This document shows positions 41,609-52,303 of a DNA stretch of 64,000 bases, one piece after another. Numbering within the stretch: position 1 is the stretch's first letter; each line of letters starts with the position of its first letter. Source of the stretch: a bacterium (GTDB lineage Bacteria > UBA10199 > 2-02-FULL-44-16 > JAAZCA01). The stretch covers positions 608,001 through 672,000 of the forward strand of contig CAXXGI010000003.1 of assembly GCA_963674695.2 (NCBI GenBank), in the 5' to 3' direction. Below the pieces are notes generated by a model that saw only the letters and a program-made list of their open reading frames with translations, searched no databases and was not told where the DNA came from. The position numbers and the translations under genes were made by a program.

Positions 41609-41721
41609 TGTCATTCCCGAGGAATCGGGAATCTCGACGTGACTCGAAAATCGAGATTCCCGCCTTCGCGGGAATGACAAAAAACAGTTCCATCACCCCC
41701 GATTAACCCTCGGGAATGACA
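41609..41721. repeat. REP-like cluster
   Basis: TGTCATTCCCGAGGAATCGGGAATCTCG...GAGATTCCCGCCTTCGCGGGAATGAC...CGGGAATGACA. Confidence 0.88.
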
Positions 41722-41739
41722 AACGCATGTTCTCCCTTT

Positions 41740-43614
41740 TCATCCCCACCGCTCGAGCCACTGTTCGAAGATCAGCAGCGTCCAGATCTTCTTGCGATTG
41801 TCCACGCGACCCGCAAAGTGATCGTCGAGCAGACTCGCGATCGCTTCGGGGCGGAAAAAGCCTTCGCGGCGAATCTTGTCCGGTGCAAAGAGATCGCAGA
41901 CCATCGATTTCAGCGGCCCCTTGACCCACTTCGCAACCGGAATGCCAAACCCCTTCTTGGAGCGATGCGCGATCCCCTTCGGCAGCAGCGGATCCATGGC
42001 CTTCTTCAATAGATATTTCATCGTCGTGCCGTGCAGTTTAAAGGCATAGGGGAGTCGCGCCACGAATTCAACCACCTCATGATCGAGGAACGGCGCGCGC
42101 GCCTCGAGCGAACACCCCATGGAGGCGCGATCGACCTTGGTGAGGATATCCTCGGCGAGATAGAGCTTCATATAGGCATAGAGCAGCCGATTTCCCGGCG
42201 ATGCGGTCAGCGCACGACGTTCGATGTTACCCAAATCGTCGAAGATATCCGCATGCGGATCGAAGGCGAGCAATGTGGCCTGTTCGGCCGGCGCGAACGA
42301 TCCCATCCAGAAAAAGTGTCGCGCCATTGCTTCGATGTTCGCCCCTTTGAGAAACTGCTTCACCTTGAAGTCGAAGCTGATGTTCTCGTCGGAGACGGGA
42401 AGTCGACGCGCGATCGGCTCGATGCATCCGCGACGCAGAAATGCAGGCAACCTTCGATACGTCGCCGCATACTTTTCCGCCTGAAACGTGGGATAGCCTG
42501 CGAAGAGTTCATCGCCCCCATCGCCGCCGAGCGCCACGGTCACATGCTCGCGGGTGAAGCGCGCCAACGCAAACGTCGGGATGATCGAGGCATCGCCGAG
42601 CGGTTCGTCGAGGAATGCCATCACCTCGGGGAGCAACCCCTGCAACTCGGCGGGCGTCACCGTGCGCTCGCGATGATCGGTGCCGAAGTGTTCGGCGACC
42701 TGGCGCGCGAAGCTCGATTCATCGAAGGATTTTTCCGAGAAGGCGATCGAAAAGGACTTGATGTCCTGAGGGGGCATGAAGCGCGCCATCATCGCGCAGA
42801 TGCTCGATGAATCCAGCCCGCCGGAGAGAAAGAGACCCAACGGCACGTCCGAGAGGAGCCGACGCTGAACCGAGAGCGCCATGAGGCGTGTGAGCTCCTC
42901 GGCTGCCTCGTCCACCGTGATGCCATGCGCTTCGTATCCGGTGGGCACGTCCCAATAGAAACGCGTGCTGATCACCCCGTCGCGCAGGACGAGCAGCTGC
43001 CCGGGTTCGAGCTTGAAGATCCCCTCGCAGATCGTGTGCGGCGCGGGAACGTATTCATACGCCAGATATTTTGCGAGATTTGCGCGATCGACCGATCGAT
43101 CGACGCTCGGATGCGCGAGTATTGCTTTCAGTTCCGACCCAAAGAGGAAGCGCCCCTCCTGCTGCGTCCAGTAGAGCGGCTTCTGGCCCATGCGGTCGCG
43201 CGCGATGAGCAGCGTGCGCGTGCGCTTATCCCAGAGGGCGAGCCCAAACATGCCGTTCAAACGCGCGACGAAATCGGCGCCCTCCTCCTCATAGAGGTGC
43301 GGCAGGATCTCCGCGTCCGAGCGCGTCGTGAAGACGTGCCCCTTCGCTTCAAGTTCTTCGCGAATGGATTGAAAGTTGTAGAGTTCTCCGTTGCAGACGG
43401 CGACGATGCTGCCGTCTTCGGAGATCATCGGCTGCTGACCGCCGCTCACATCGATGATGGACAGGCGCCGCATGGCAAGCCCCGCGCCCTGATCGAGAAA
43501 AAAACCTTCGTCATCGGGACCACGGCGCACGAGCGTCCGGTTCATCGCCGCGAGGACCTCGCGATCGACGGGGCGCGATAAATCATGATGGATGATACCG
43601 CAGATTCCACACAT
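41740..43614 (-). CDS. asnB: Asparagine synthase (glutamine-hydrolysing)-family amidotransferase
   Basis: MCGICG, RGPDD, RLSIID, NGELYN, LSGGLDSS, GDGGDELFAGY, LEARAPFLD. Confidence 0.95.
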   Translation of the reverse strand: MCGICGIIHHDLSRPVDREVLAAMNRTLVRRGPDDEGFFLDQGAGLAMRRLSIIDVSGGQQPMISEDGSIVAVCNGELYNFQSIREELEAKGHVFTTRSDAEILPHLYEEEGADFVARLNGMFGLALWDKRTRTLLIARDRMGQKPLYWTQQEGRFLFGSELKAILAHPSVDRSVDRANLAKYLAYEYVPAPHTICEGIFKLEPGQLLVLRDGVISTRFYWDVPTGYEAHGITVDEAAEELTRLMALSVQRRLLSDVPLGLFLSGGLDSSSICAMMARFMPPQDIKSFSIAFSEKSFDESSFARQVAEHFGTDHRERTVTPAELQGLLPEVMAFLDEPLGDASIIPTFALARFTREHVTVALGGDGGDELFAGYPTFQAEKYAATYRRLPAFLRRGCIEPIARRLPVSDENISFDFKVKQFLKGANIEAMARHFFWMGSFAPAEQATLLAFDPHADIFDDLGNIERRALTASPGNRLLYAYMKLYLAEDILTKVDRASMGCSLEARAPFLDHEVVEFVARLPYAFKLHGTTMKYLLKKAMDPLLPKGIAHRSKKGFGIPVAKWVKGPLKSMVCDLFAPDKIRREGFFRPEAIASLLDDHFAGRVDNRKKIWTLLIFEQWLERWG

Positions 43615-43618
43615 AGTT

Positions 43619-43692
43619 CGTGAGATGGCAAGATTGCGAGATGGTGAGATCGCTCAATCGATTCAACGATCTCACAAAACCACAATGCTACA
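43619..43692. repeat. Inverted octamer arrays (NGYGAGAT / ATCTCACN)
   Basis: CGTGAGAT GGCAAGAT TGCGAGAT GGTGAGAT CGCTCAAT cg ATTCAACG ATCTCACA AAACCACA ATGCTACA. Confidence 0.8.
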
Positions 43693-44677
43693 CCCTTTCA
43701 ATGTTGATCGTCTTCTTCACCAGATACGTCGCCTTGCCCTGGGACTCGTGGTAGGTGCGCACCAGAAGTTCGGCGATGAGCCCCATGAGGACGAGCTGCA
43801 CGCCCAGAAAGAAGAGAAAGACGGCCAGGAGCAGGAACGGGTTTTTGTGGGCGTAGGTGCCGGCCACCAGCTTCTCGACGATCACCTCGATGGCAGAGAG
43901 TACCCCTGCTATACAGAGCACGGAACCCACGCCGCCGAAGAGATAACTCGGCTTCTTGGCAAAACTGAAGAGGAACTTCACCGTCATCAGGTCCATGAGG
44001 ACCTTGAAGACGCGCGTCAGCCCATACTTCGACGTGCCGCGCGTTCGGGCGCGATGGTTCACCGGCAGCTCCACGACGCGCGCGCCAGCCATGTGCGCAT
44101 AGGCCGGGATGAAACGGTGCATCTCGCCATAGAGATCGATGGAATCGATGTATTCGGCGCGATAGGCCTTGAGCGAACAGCCATAGTCGTTCAGGTGCAC
44201 GCCCGTCACCCAGGAGAGGAGCCGGTTGGCGATCTGCGACGGGATGCGGCGCGTGACGAGCTTGTCCTTGCGATCCTTGCGCCAGCCGCTGGCGACATCG
44301 AACCCCTCGTCGAGCCTGGCCAGCAAGCGTGGAATATCGGCCGGGTCGTTCTGGTTGTCGGCATCCATGGCGATATAGATGCGCCCCTGCGCGTGCTTGA
44401 AGCCCGCGGCCATGGCGGCTGTCTGGCCGAAGTTGCGCGTGAACTGCACGAGCTTCACCCGCTCGTCCTTCTCGGCCAGCTCCCGGATGAGGGCAGAGCT
44501 GCCGTCGGTGGAGCCATCGTCGACGAAGACGATCTCGAAGGATTTTCCGGTGGGGTCGAGCGCAGCGCAGACCTCTTCATGGACCTGGCGCAGATTCTCC
44601 CGTTCGTTGAGAAACGGAACGACGACGGAGATGTCGAAGGGCCGCGTGCTGGTATCGACGATATTGTCTCGTGACAT
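43688..44677 (-). CDS. GT2 polyprenyl-phosphate glycosyltransferase (ArnC/DPM1-like)
   Basis: VDDGSTD, RNFGQTAA, MDAD, LYGEMHRFIP, two C-terminal TMs. Confidence 0.92.
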   Translation of the reverse strand: MSRDNIVDTSTRPFDISVVVPFLNERENLRQVHEEVCAALDPTGKSFEIVFVDDGSTDGSSALIRELAEKDERVKLVQFTRNFGQTAAMAAGFKHAQGRIYIAMDADNQNDPADIPRLLARLDEGFDVASGWRKDRKDKLVTRRIPSQIANRLLSWVTGVHLNDYGCSLKAYRAEYIDSIDLYGEMHRFIPAYAHMAGARVVELPVNHRARTRGTSKYGLTRVFKVLMDLMTVKFLFSFAKKPSYLFGGVGSVLCIAGVLSAIEVIVEKLVAGTYAHKNPFLLLAVFLFFLGVQLVLMGLIAELLVRTYHESQGKATYLVKKTINIERV

Positions 44678-44708
44678 GATAAACGTCCCTTCTCGGTGTT
44701 TCGTAACC

Positions 44709-44902
44709 ATCGAGATTCCCGCCTCCGCGGGAATGACACCCCTTGGATTGTCATCCCCGTGAAAACGGGGATCTCGCTCGTGAAGATCTCAATCGAGATT
44801 CCCGCGTTCACGGGAATGACACCCCTTGGATTGTCATCCCCGTGAAAACGGGGACCTCGGTGTTTCGTGATCATCGAGATTCCCGCCTCCGCGGGAATGA
44901 CA
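44709..44902. repeat. REP-like cluster, five units with repeated CCCCTTGGATT linkers
   Basis: Alternating GAGATTCCCGC..GCGGGAATGAC and GTCATCCCCGTGAAAACGGGGA units. Confidence 0.9.
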
Positions 44903-45042
44903 CCAACCCGACACTGCACTGGGCGGCTATCACAGGCCCGGATGCGTGTCAAAAGCAAAGCATTTTCAGCGAGTTCGCTGCACTTCGATCCGCGAACGCT
45001 GCTTGACAAATTCCCCCGATTTCCGCGATATGCTTCACCAAG

Positions 45043-46626
45043 ATGACCCAACACCTCAACCGATATCTCATGGCGGCAATCCTGCTCCTGGTCGTCATGC
45101 TCCTGCGCCTTCCCGCCTTTTGGACGCCGATCATCGATGTGGATGAATCCCAGTTCGCAGGGTTTGCGGGCACCCTGCTCGACGGGGGGCTCCCCTATCT
45201 GGCCTCGGTGGACACCAAACCCTTGGGGATCTACGCCTTCTTCGCGGCGATCTTCGCCCTCTTCGGTCGCAACAACATGATCGCCGTGCATCTGGTCACC
45301 GCACTCGTCGTCTGGCTGACCGCGATCTATATCTTCCGCATCGGACGACGGACCGGAACGATTCGCGCAGGCTGGATCGCTGCCTTTCTCTACGCGATTT
45401 TCTCGACCTGTTACATTCCAAAATTCATCTCGACCTCGATCACCATCATCATGATGCTGCCGCTAGCGATGAGCATCTTTCACGTCGTCATCTGGGAGGA
45501 TCGACGCCATGATCGCTCGCTCGTGGCCGCGGGGTTGCTCTTCGGCGTGGCGTGCCTCTTCAAATATCAGGCGGGGATCAATCTCTTCATCATCGCCTTC
45601 TATTTTCTCATCTTCTCCCCTATCTATTTCCGCCACGAGAAAGAACGTCTGCGCTTCTACCCGTTTCTCGTTTTCACACTCGCCGGGGTCGTCGTGGGGC
45701 TCGCCTTCATGGTCTACCTGAGCAGCGTCGGCGTCTGGGACGAGTTTCTCTTCTGGTCGCTGGGGGGATCGGCCGCCTATATCGACGCGGGATCTACGAC
45801 CACCGACTTCGGGCATCGCCTGCTCGTGCGCGGCGGCGCATTCGTCGCATCGACCGCGCTCATCTGGGTCTTCGGCGTGCGCGAGATCATCTCACTGGCC
45901 TCGCACCTCCATCATCCGAAGCATCACAGCAAGCGCCGCCTGGAGGAGTTTCTCATTCTCTTCTGGTTCCTCATCTCGATCATCCCGGTCCTCATCGGCG
46001 GTCGGTTCTTCGGGCACTATTTCATCCAACTGCTGCCGCCACTGTGCATCCTGGCCTCGCGTCCGCTCGATCGGCTCATCACCAGACGCTCGAAGACTCT
46101 CTGGCGTCGTCGCGTGTTGGCCGGAATCATCACGCTGGCGATCGTCGTCCCCGCCACGGGCTTCTTTCTCGCACGGCTTCATGCCGATGCCATCTACACG
46201 AACCTCAAGGAAGATAATGCGGAACTCTATCGCCCGCTTGCAGGATATGTGCACGCCAACACAAAACCGGATGAGACGATCTTTGTCTGGGGATTTGCCA
46301 CACCGATCTACTTCTTCGCCGAGCGACGTCCCGCCTCGCGCTTTCTCTGGAGCGACTGGCTCACGGGTCGCATCCCGGGCTCACCCACCGCGCAGGATCC
46401 CCTCTTCGACACCAAGCCCTATGCCACCAAGGGGGCGTGGGACATGCTCTTCGACGACTTGCAGAAGAATAAACCGCGCTACATCATCGACACGTCACCG
46501 GGCAACTATCACGACTACGGCAAATATCCGATCGCGCAATACCCGCAACTGGCCCACTATCTCGAACAACACTACACCCTCGAAGGCCGCTTCCACGACG
46601 CGGATTTTTACCGGCGGAAGGAGTGA
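45043..46626 (+). CDS. GT-C (ArnT/PMT-like) membrane glycosyltransferase
   Basis: DVDE loop, PY...DTKP, many TMs, HYFIQLLP, periplasmic C-terminal domain. Confidence 0.82.
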   Translation: MTQHLNRYLMAAILLLVVMLLRLPAFWTPIIDVDESQFAGFAGTLLDGGLPYLASVDTKPLGIYAFFAAIFALFGRNNMIAVHLVTALVVWLTAIYIFRIGRRTGTIRAGWIAAFLYAIFSTCYIPKFISTSITIIMMLPLAMSIFHVVIWEDRRHDRSLVAAGLLFGVACLFKYQAGINLFIIAFYFLIFSPIYFRHEKERLRFYPFLVFTLAGVVVGLAFMVYLSSVGVWDEFLFWSLGGSAAYIDAGSTTTDFGHRLLVRGGAFVASTALIWVFGVREIISLASHLHHPKHHSKRRLEEFLILFWFLISIIPVLIGGRFFGHYFIQLLPPLCILASRPLDRLITRRSKTLWRRRVLAGIITLAIVVPATGFFLARLHADAIYTNLKEDNAELYRPLAGYVHANTKPDETIFVWGFATPIYFFAERRPASRFLWSDWLTGRIPGSPTAQDPLFDTKPYATKGAWDMLFDDLQKNKPRYIIDTSPGNYHDYGKYPIAQYPQLAHYLEQHYTLEGRFHDADFYRRKE

Positions 46627-46630
46627 GCTG

Positions 46631-49600
46631 TCATCGGAACAAGCCGCGCATGCGCTTATAGACCCTGTCCACGATTCCGGGTTTTACTGCCCCCTGACTC
46701 CCACAACAGTATCCGCGCTTCACATTGAAGGCCGCCATGCCATTCCGGACGCCCTCGAATGTCACGCAGAGCTTATGGCGAGCAATTGCCGTCGTTGTCT
46801 GACCCTTTTGCAGAACGATAACAGCCCTGTCACCACCCTCAAGAGCCCTCACCTCAACTCTTGCTGAGGAAGATCCCCGAGCCCCCTCTGCATACTTGAG
46901 CAATCGAATACGATACCGTTCATCGATCAGCGAGACAGTGGTTGCAGACTGATAATTATTGATGCTCAACAGTGCCTTCTGCTGTGCGCATCGCACGAAC
47001 TCAGCGCTGCCGCCTCGACACGCCGGATCGCTTTCCGCCTGCGCTTCGTTGCACGCGATGCAACTCATCGTCCCACCGGTCCAATACGAGCGAGGTTGAC
47101 ACTGCGGCCTCGTGAAATAGGGGCAATCGTAATCCAGGATGTGCACTTCCCTTCCATCGACGCACCTCACTTCACCATCAATCTTGCACTGATTGCGATA
47201 GGACCTCGGCCATCCATCATCAATTCCACCCATGCAATCATTGTCGATGCCATCGCAAATCTCTGGCCCCGTCGGCGTGCATTCATCAACATCCGGCTTG
47301 CCGGTACCACACACCAGTTCTCCATCGACACACTGATACACCGTTCGTGCGGCAAGATTCCCGCAGGTCTTTCCCGCTTCGGGATCGGTAACATCGTTAT
47401 CGATTACGCCGTCGCAGTCGTCGTCCAGTCCGTTACAGACCTCTGCACTGCTATAGACGAGACACTCCCCATAGGTGCCATTCGAGCAGTACCGCGTTCC
47501 CCCGCGCGAAGCATCACCGCAGGCTTTGGAACACGCTTGCTGCAATGGATTCCCCTCGGCATCGAGGTCAACCGTCCCATCACAGTCGTTGTCCACGCCA
47601 TCACAGGTTTCAGCAGTTCCATCGGCGGGCTGTGCATTACAGATAGGCGTTCCGGCCGCACTACAGATACGTTTCCCGGCCACCTGACATGCCCCCTCTC
47701 CCGCAGAACAGTCGCCTGCAGGGCGGCCTTCGCTGTTACAGCTACTCCACTCGCTCCACGTGCCAGCGGAACCACAACGTTGTCGTCTCTTTTGCCCAAC
47801 GCACGGACCACTTCCGCAACTCATATCATCGACTAGTAGTTCCAGCGCTTGAGCGTCACAGATGACGCCGTTCCCTTCTGTGTTGCAAACATAGCGTCCT
47901 GTAACGGCACACACATCCTCCCCAACGGTACATGATTCACCAACACTGAAATCTTCATCGACCTCGCCATCACAATCATTATCGATTCCATCGCACGTTT
48001 CCTCTGATGAAATACATTCTTCTTCTTCACACGTTATACCATCGAGGTCATGAACAGGAACTGGTCTATTACTGTCACTTGTAGAATCATTCCCAAGCTC
48101 ACCAGAATCATTATTCCCCCAGGCATCGATTCTGCCATTATCTGTAAGCGCTAAGACGTACAAATTCCCTGCAAATACCGCTTTAATGTCATCCACATCT
48201 TGCGACCGAATAGGTACAGTGCTGCTGGTATACGAACCATTTCCAAACTGACCCGCCTGGTTATCCCCCCACGCATAGAGGTCGCCATCTCCTGTAAGCG
48301 CTAAACTATACACACTTCCAGCAGATACAGCTTTAATATTCCTTAATCCTTGCACCTGAACGGGTACATGACGATCACTTGTCGTACCATCACCAATCTG
48401 ACCGTTTTCATTCTCTCCCCACGCATAAACTTCACCCGTATCTGTAAGTGCGAGACTGTGATGAGATGCAGTAGATATAGCTTTAATATTACTCAATCCT
48501 TGCACCCGAACAGGTTCACTACTATCACTTGACGAATTGTTACCAAGCTGACCGGAGCGATTCATCCCCCACGCATAAATCTCACCCGTATCTGCAAGTG
48601 CGAGGCTATACCGATATCCAGCAGATATAGCTTTAATACGAGGCAAGCTCTCCACTTGCACAGGAACATTGCCATCATTTTCAGTGTTGCGCCCAAGCTG
48701 ACCATTGCCATTACTTCCCCATGCATAGACCTTGCCATCTTTTGTGAGAGCTAAACTGTGAGAACCACCAGCAGATATAGACATAATATTGTTTAAGCCT
48801 TGCACCTGAACTGGAATATGACTATCACTTCCCGAATTGATACCAAGTTGACCACTATCATTCCTTCCCCATGCATAAACCTTCTCATCCCGACCAAGCG
48901 CTAGACTGTGCTCATATCCAGCTGACACAGCGCTCATGTTTGTCAGCGAACCAGCTCCATTAAGCCCAATCACTGAAACTGGAATATAACTATCCGATGT
49001 CGAGTTGATACCGAGTTGACCAAACTCATTCTTGCCCCACGCATAAACGCTACTCTCCTTAAGCACCAAGCTATGATTATCTCCAGCACTGACCACGCCT
49101 TCGCAATCCGATTCTTCCACTACGTCACACACACCATCTTCATCTATGGACCCGTCACAATCATTGTCGATTTCATCACAAATCTCTTCACTCGAAACGC
49201 ACTCCTCTTGAGCGCAAGCAACTTCGGCTAAACCATCAACTTGTACTGGAGTCATCCTGTTGTAATTTGTTCCATCACCGAGCTGACCAAAATAATTAAA
49301 TCCCCACGCATAGACGCTACCATCATGCTTAAGAGCAAGACCATGACCTCCTCCAGCCGACAGAGCTCTAATACTATCTAAATCCACTACCTGAATAGGC
49401 ACAAGACCATTAGAACTCCCTCCAACACCAAGCTGGCCATATTCATTATCTCCCCACGCATAGACACTACCATCATTGCTCATCGCCAGGCTATGGTGCT
49501 TCTTAGTAGATATCACTTTAATACCTGTTAAACCTGGCACCCGAACAGGAAGATAACTATCAGTTATTGAATTATTCCCAAGTTGACCATACTCATTATA

Positions 49601-50386
49601 TCCCCACGCATAAACATCACCATTTTCTGCAAGCGCTAAACTATGCTGCCTACCAACAGATATAGCTACTATGCCGCTTAATGCGCCATCTCCATCTGAA
49701 CCCTGCACCTGAACTGGCACATGACTCGTACTGCTCAACCCATTCCCAAGCTGACCATATTCGTTAAATCCCCACGCATAGACAAGCCCACCTTCTGTGA
49801 GAACTAGACTATGATTTCCTCCAGTCGATATAGCTGTAATATTACTTAAACCTTGCACCTGAACTGGTACATTACTACTGCCTCCAACCTGACCACGAGG
49901 AACATTATTCCCCCACACATACACCGTACCATCTTCTGTAAGAGCTAAACTATCATAACCACCCGCAGATATAGCTATAACATTATTTAAATCTGCCACC
50001 TGAAAAGGCACACGACTATTAACCCTCCCACCGTTACCAAGCTGGCCATGATCATTCCTTCCCCACGCATAGACAATCCCCCCCTCCGTGAGAGCCAGGC
50101 TATGGCCACTTCCAGCAGATATAGCTATGACATTATGTAAATTTGCCACCTGAACAGGCACACGACTACTAGATCTTCCTCCGTCACCAAGCTGACCATA
50201 ATCATTTTTTCCCCAAGCATAAACTGTTCCATTTTTAAGTGCTAAGCTATGATCGTATCCAGCACTGATCACATCGGCACAAGCTGGCTCTTCTTGCGTT
50301 TGCGCCCGCAGACCCGGCGACCAGCAGAGCACCGCCATGAATGTGATGAGAACGATCATTGAGAGATGGATGCGATTGGTCTTCAT
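46631..50386 (-). CDS. Secreted RCC1-repeat protein (two propeller blocks) with CDGxDNDCDG putative metal-binding repeats
   Basis: ISAG..HSLAL..G.VYAWG.N..GQLG repeats; five E.CDG.DNDCDG.VD-type motifs; signal peptide. Confidence 0.9.
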   Translation of the reverse strand: MKTNRIHLSMIVLITFMAVLCWSPGLRAQTQEEPACADVISAGYDHSLALKNGTVYAWGKNDYGQLGDGGRSSSRVPVQVANLHNVIAISAGSGHSLALTEGGIVYAWGRNDHGQLGNGGRVNSRVPFQVADLNNVIAISAGGYDSLALTEDGTVYVWGNNVPRGQVGGSSNVPVQVQGLSNITAISTGGNHSLVLTEGGLVYAWGFNEYGQLGNGLSSTSHVPVQVQGSDGDGALSGIVAISVGRQHSLALAENGDVYAWGYNEYGQLGNNSITDSYLPVRVPGLTGIKVISTKKHHSLAMSNDGSVYAWGDNEYGQLGVGGSSNGLVPIQVVDLDSIRALSAGGGHGLALKHDGSVYAWGFNYFGQLGDGTNYNRMTPVQVDGLAEVACAQEECVSSEEICDEIDNDCDGSIDEDGVCDVVEESDCEGVVSAGDNHSLVLKESSVYAWGKNEFGQLGINSTSDSYIPVSVIGLNGAGSLTNMSAVSAGYEHSLALGRDEKVYAWGRNDSGQLGINSGSDSHIPVQVQGLNNIMSISAGGSHSLALTKDGKVYAWGSNGNGQLGRNTENDGNVPVQVESLPRIKAISAGYRYSLALADTGEIYAWGMNRSGQLGNNSSSDSSEPVRVQGLSNIKAISTASHHSLALTDTGEVYAWGENENGQIGDGTTSDRHVPVQVQGLRNIKAVSAGSVYSLALTGDGDLYAWGDNQAGQFGNGSYTSSTVPIRSQDVDDIKAVFAGNLYVLALTDNGRIDAWGNNDSGELGNDSTSDSNRPVPVHDLDGITCEEEECISSEETCDGIDNDCDGEVDEDFSVGESCTVGEDVCAVTGRYVCNTEGNGVICDAQALELLVDDMSCGSGPCVGQKRRQRCGSAGTWSEWSSCNSEGRPAGDCSAGEGACQVAGKRICSAAGTPICNAQPADGTAETCDGVDNDCDGTVDLDAEGNPLQQACSKACGDASRGGTRYCSNGTYGECLVYSSAEVCNGLDDDCDGVIDNDVTDPEAGKTCGNLAARTVYQCVDGELVCGTGKPDVDECTPTGPEICDGIDNDCMGGIDDGWPRSYRNQCKIDGEVRCVDGREVHILDYDCPYFTRPQCQPRSYWTGGTMSCIACNEAQAESDPACRGGSAEFVRCAQQKALLSINNYQSATTVSLIDERYRIRLLKYAEGARGSSSARVEVRALEGGDRAVIVLQKGQTTTAIARHKLCVTFEGVRNGMAAFNVKRGYCCGSQGAVKPGIVDRVYKRMRGLFR

Positions 50387-50435
50387 AACGACCCCCATGT
50401 GGTAGACAGTCCTTTTCTGTACGACAGCCTATTTA

Positions 50436-50453
50436 TTGCACACACTGTGCCAA
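50436..50453 (-). promoter_or_regulatory. Putative sigma54 promoter of the RCC1-repeat gene
   Basis: Minus strand TTGGCACAGTGTGTGCAA (GG-N10-GC), about 40-50 bp upstream of the start. Confidence 0.65.
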
Positions 50454-50556
50454 TGAGCGTCAAAATAATGTCGCGTAATACCCACTTCACCCTGGTCGGC
50501 ACTTGCGCTTTCTCCCTGAAATCGCTATGGAATTGGAATCATCTGGGGGAAACGCC

Positions 50557-51327
50557 ATGAAACGAATCACATCACTTCTCATCACCATCTTCGTTCTCAT
50601 CAGCGCCGCAACGACCTTTGCCGCTGACCGGATCGTCTTCTGGTATCCGGGCGAGGCGGGCTCGACCTCCGAGGCACAGCCGGTGCTCGATCTTTTTTTG
50701 GATTACATCGATACGAAGGTCGACCCGATCACACTCGAAGGCCGCTACTTCAACACGGTGCAGGATGGGTTGGGATACATCCAGCGCATGAGCCCCGTCG
50801 TGGGAATCGTGAGCTTCCCGGCGTGGGCGCAGCATAAAGGGGAACTGGCAAAGGCATCCGTCTGGATGGCCACGCTTCCGCTTCCGGGAGGAAAGACGAC
50901 ACAGCAGTATGCACTCGTGACGAAGGGAAAGACGCTGCCGACCGGAGCGCCGATCCTCTCGAGCGAACCGCTTTCCAACATCTTTGTGCGCACACACCTC
51001 TTTCCGAAGATCGCTGCTGATGCGAAGATCGAGCAGACACCGCAGATGATCTTCCTCCTCAAGAAGATCGCCGACGGATCGAAAACCGCCGCGGCGATTC
51101 TCACGCCCGCCGAGGCCGCAACGCTTGCCCGCATCAGCGCGGACTGGGCTAAATCGCTCACGGTGATCGAGCAATCGAAACCCGTCCCGAGTCCGCGCGT
51201 GATCCTCTTTCAGCCGACGTGGAAAGGCGCGGAGTCGCTCAAGGCCGCACTCTTGAGCGCCGGTTCTGACCCACTGGCTGTCGATATTTTGACGGAGTTG
51301 CGATTGAAGGGATTTACCACCCCGTAG
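50557..51327 (+). CDS. Secreted protein, possibly periplasmic binding protein fold (PhnD-like)
   Basis: Signal peptide MKRITSLL..TFAA; weak resemblance only. Confidence 0.55.
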   Translation: MKRITSLLITIFVLISAATTFAADRIVFWYPGEAGSTSEAQPVLDLFLDYIDTKVDPITLEGRYFNTVQDGLGYIQRMSPVVGIVSFPAWAQHKGELAKASVWMATLPLPGGKTTQQYALVTKGKTLPTGAPILSSEPLSNIFVRTHLFPKIAADAKIEQTPQMIFLLKKIADGSKTAAAILTPAEAATLARISADWAKSLTVIEQSKPVPSPRVILFQPTWKGAESLKAALLSAGSDPLAVDILTELRLKGFTTP

Positions 51328-51331
51328 AAAC

Positions 51332-52291
51332 TCAGCTGATGACAGACAAGGCTTCCAGGGCGGCGCCGACGATGCCGGCGCTGCCGCCGAGCTGGGCGGG
51401 CACAATGGTGAGGCGTTCCACATTCTGCGGATAGGTGTGCCAGGCGACCTCCTCGCGCGTGGCATCGATGAAGAGATCGTAGGAGATCGCGATTCCCCCG
51501 CCGATGACGAAGGTCGTGACCCCGAGCACATTGACGAGATTGGCGATACCGATACCGAGATAGCGTCCGAAGGCGTTCCAGAGCTGCAGCGCGATCTCAT
51601 CCCCCAATCGGGCCCGATCGGCCGCCACCTTCGGCGTGAGACCGTCGAGCGTAACCCCAGCACGCGTGAGAAACGCCTCGCGCTCCTTTTCCGGAAGCGC
51701 CTCGGCATGCACGCGAAAGGCCCGAGAGGCGGCATAGTTCTCCCAGCCCCCCTTCCACGGAAGCCCGCAGGAGACGCCCTCCGGCTCGACGACCATATGC
51801 CCAACCTCTCCGGCAAAACCCGCCTCGCCGTGAAATACATTTCCATTCAAAACGAGACCGCCTCCAATACCGGTCCCGAGGGTGAGCAGAACCATGTTGT
51901 GACAGCCGCGCCCCGCTCCACAGCGTTGCTCACCCAGGGCGTGCATGTTGGCATCGTTGTCGAGGATGACGGGGAGTTCTGTGGCCTGCGCAATGCGTTC
52001 CCGGATGCATTCATTCTCCCAGTCCGGAAAATTGGGGGAGAGCAGAAGCATCCCCGCATCGATATTGACGATCCCCGGGACACCGCACCCGACGGCGATG
52101 GGCGCCGGATCCGATCCATCGGCCAGCGCGCGCACCTCGCGCGCCATGAGCGCGATGACGCCATCGGCGGAACGGTCGGTGATCGCAACCGCACGTTGCG
52201 TCAAAACGTTCCCGCTGCCATCGACGAGCCCCGCCTTGAAATTGGTCGCACCGAGATCGATGCCGATCGCCCGTTTGTCCGCTGTCGACAT
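51332..52291 (-). CDS. ROK family sugar kinase (glucokinase-like)
   Basis: IGIDLGAT, LDNDAN, LTLGTGIGGG, AGEVGHM, CG..WKGGWENYA. Confidence 0.9.
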   Translation of the reverse strand: MSTADKRAIGIDLGATNFKAGLVDGSGNVLTQRAVAITDRSADGVIALMAREVRALADGSDPAPIAVGCGVPGIVNIDAGMLLLSPNFPDWENECIRERIAQATELPVILDNDANMHALGEQRCGAGRGCHNMVLLTLGTGIGGGLVLNGNVFHGEAGFAGEVGHMVVEPEGVSCGLPWKGGWENYAASRAFRVHAEALPEKEREAFLTRAGVTLDGLTPKVAADRARLGDEIALQLWNAFGRYLGIGIANLVNVLGVTTFVIGGGIAISYDLFIDATREEVAWHTYPQNVERLTIVPAQLGGSAGIVGAALEALSVIS

Positions 52292-52303
52292 GAATACCCC
52301 TCG

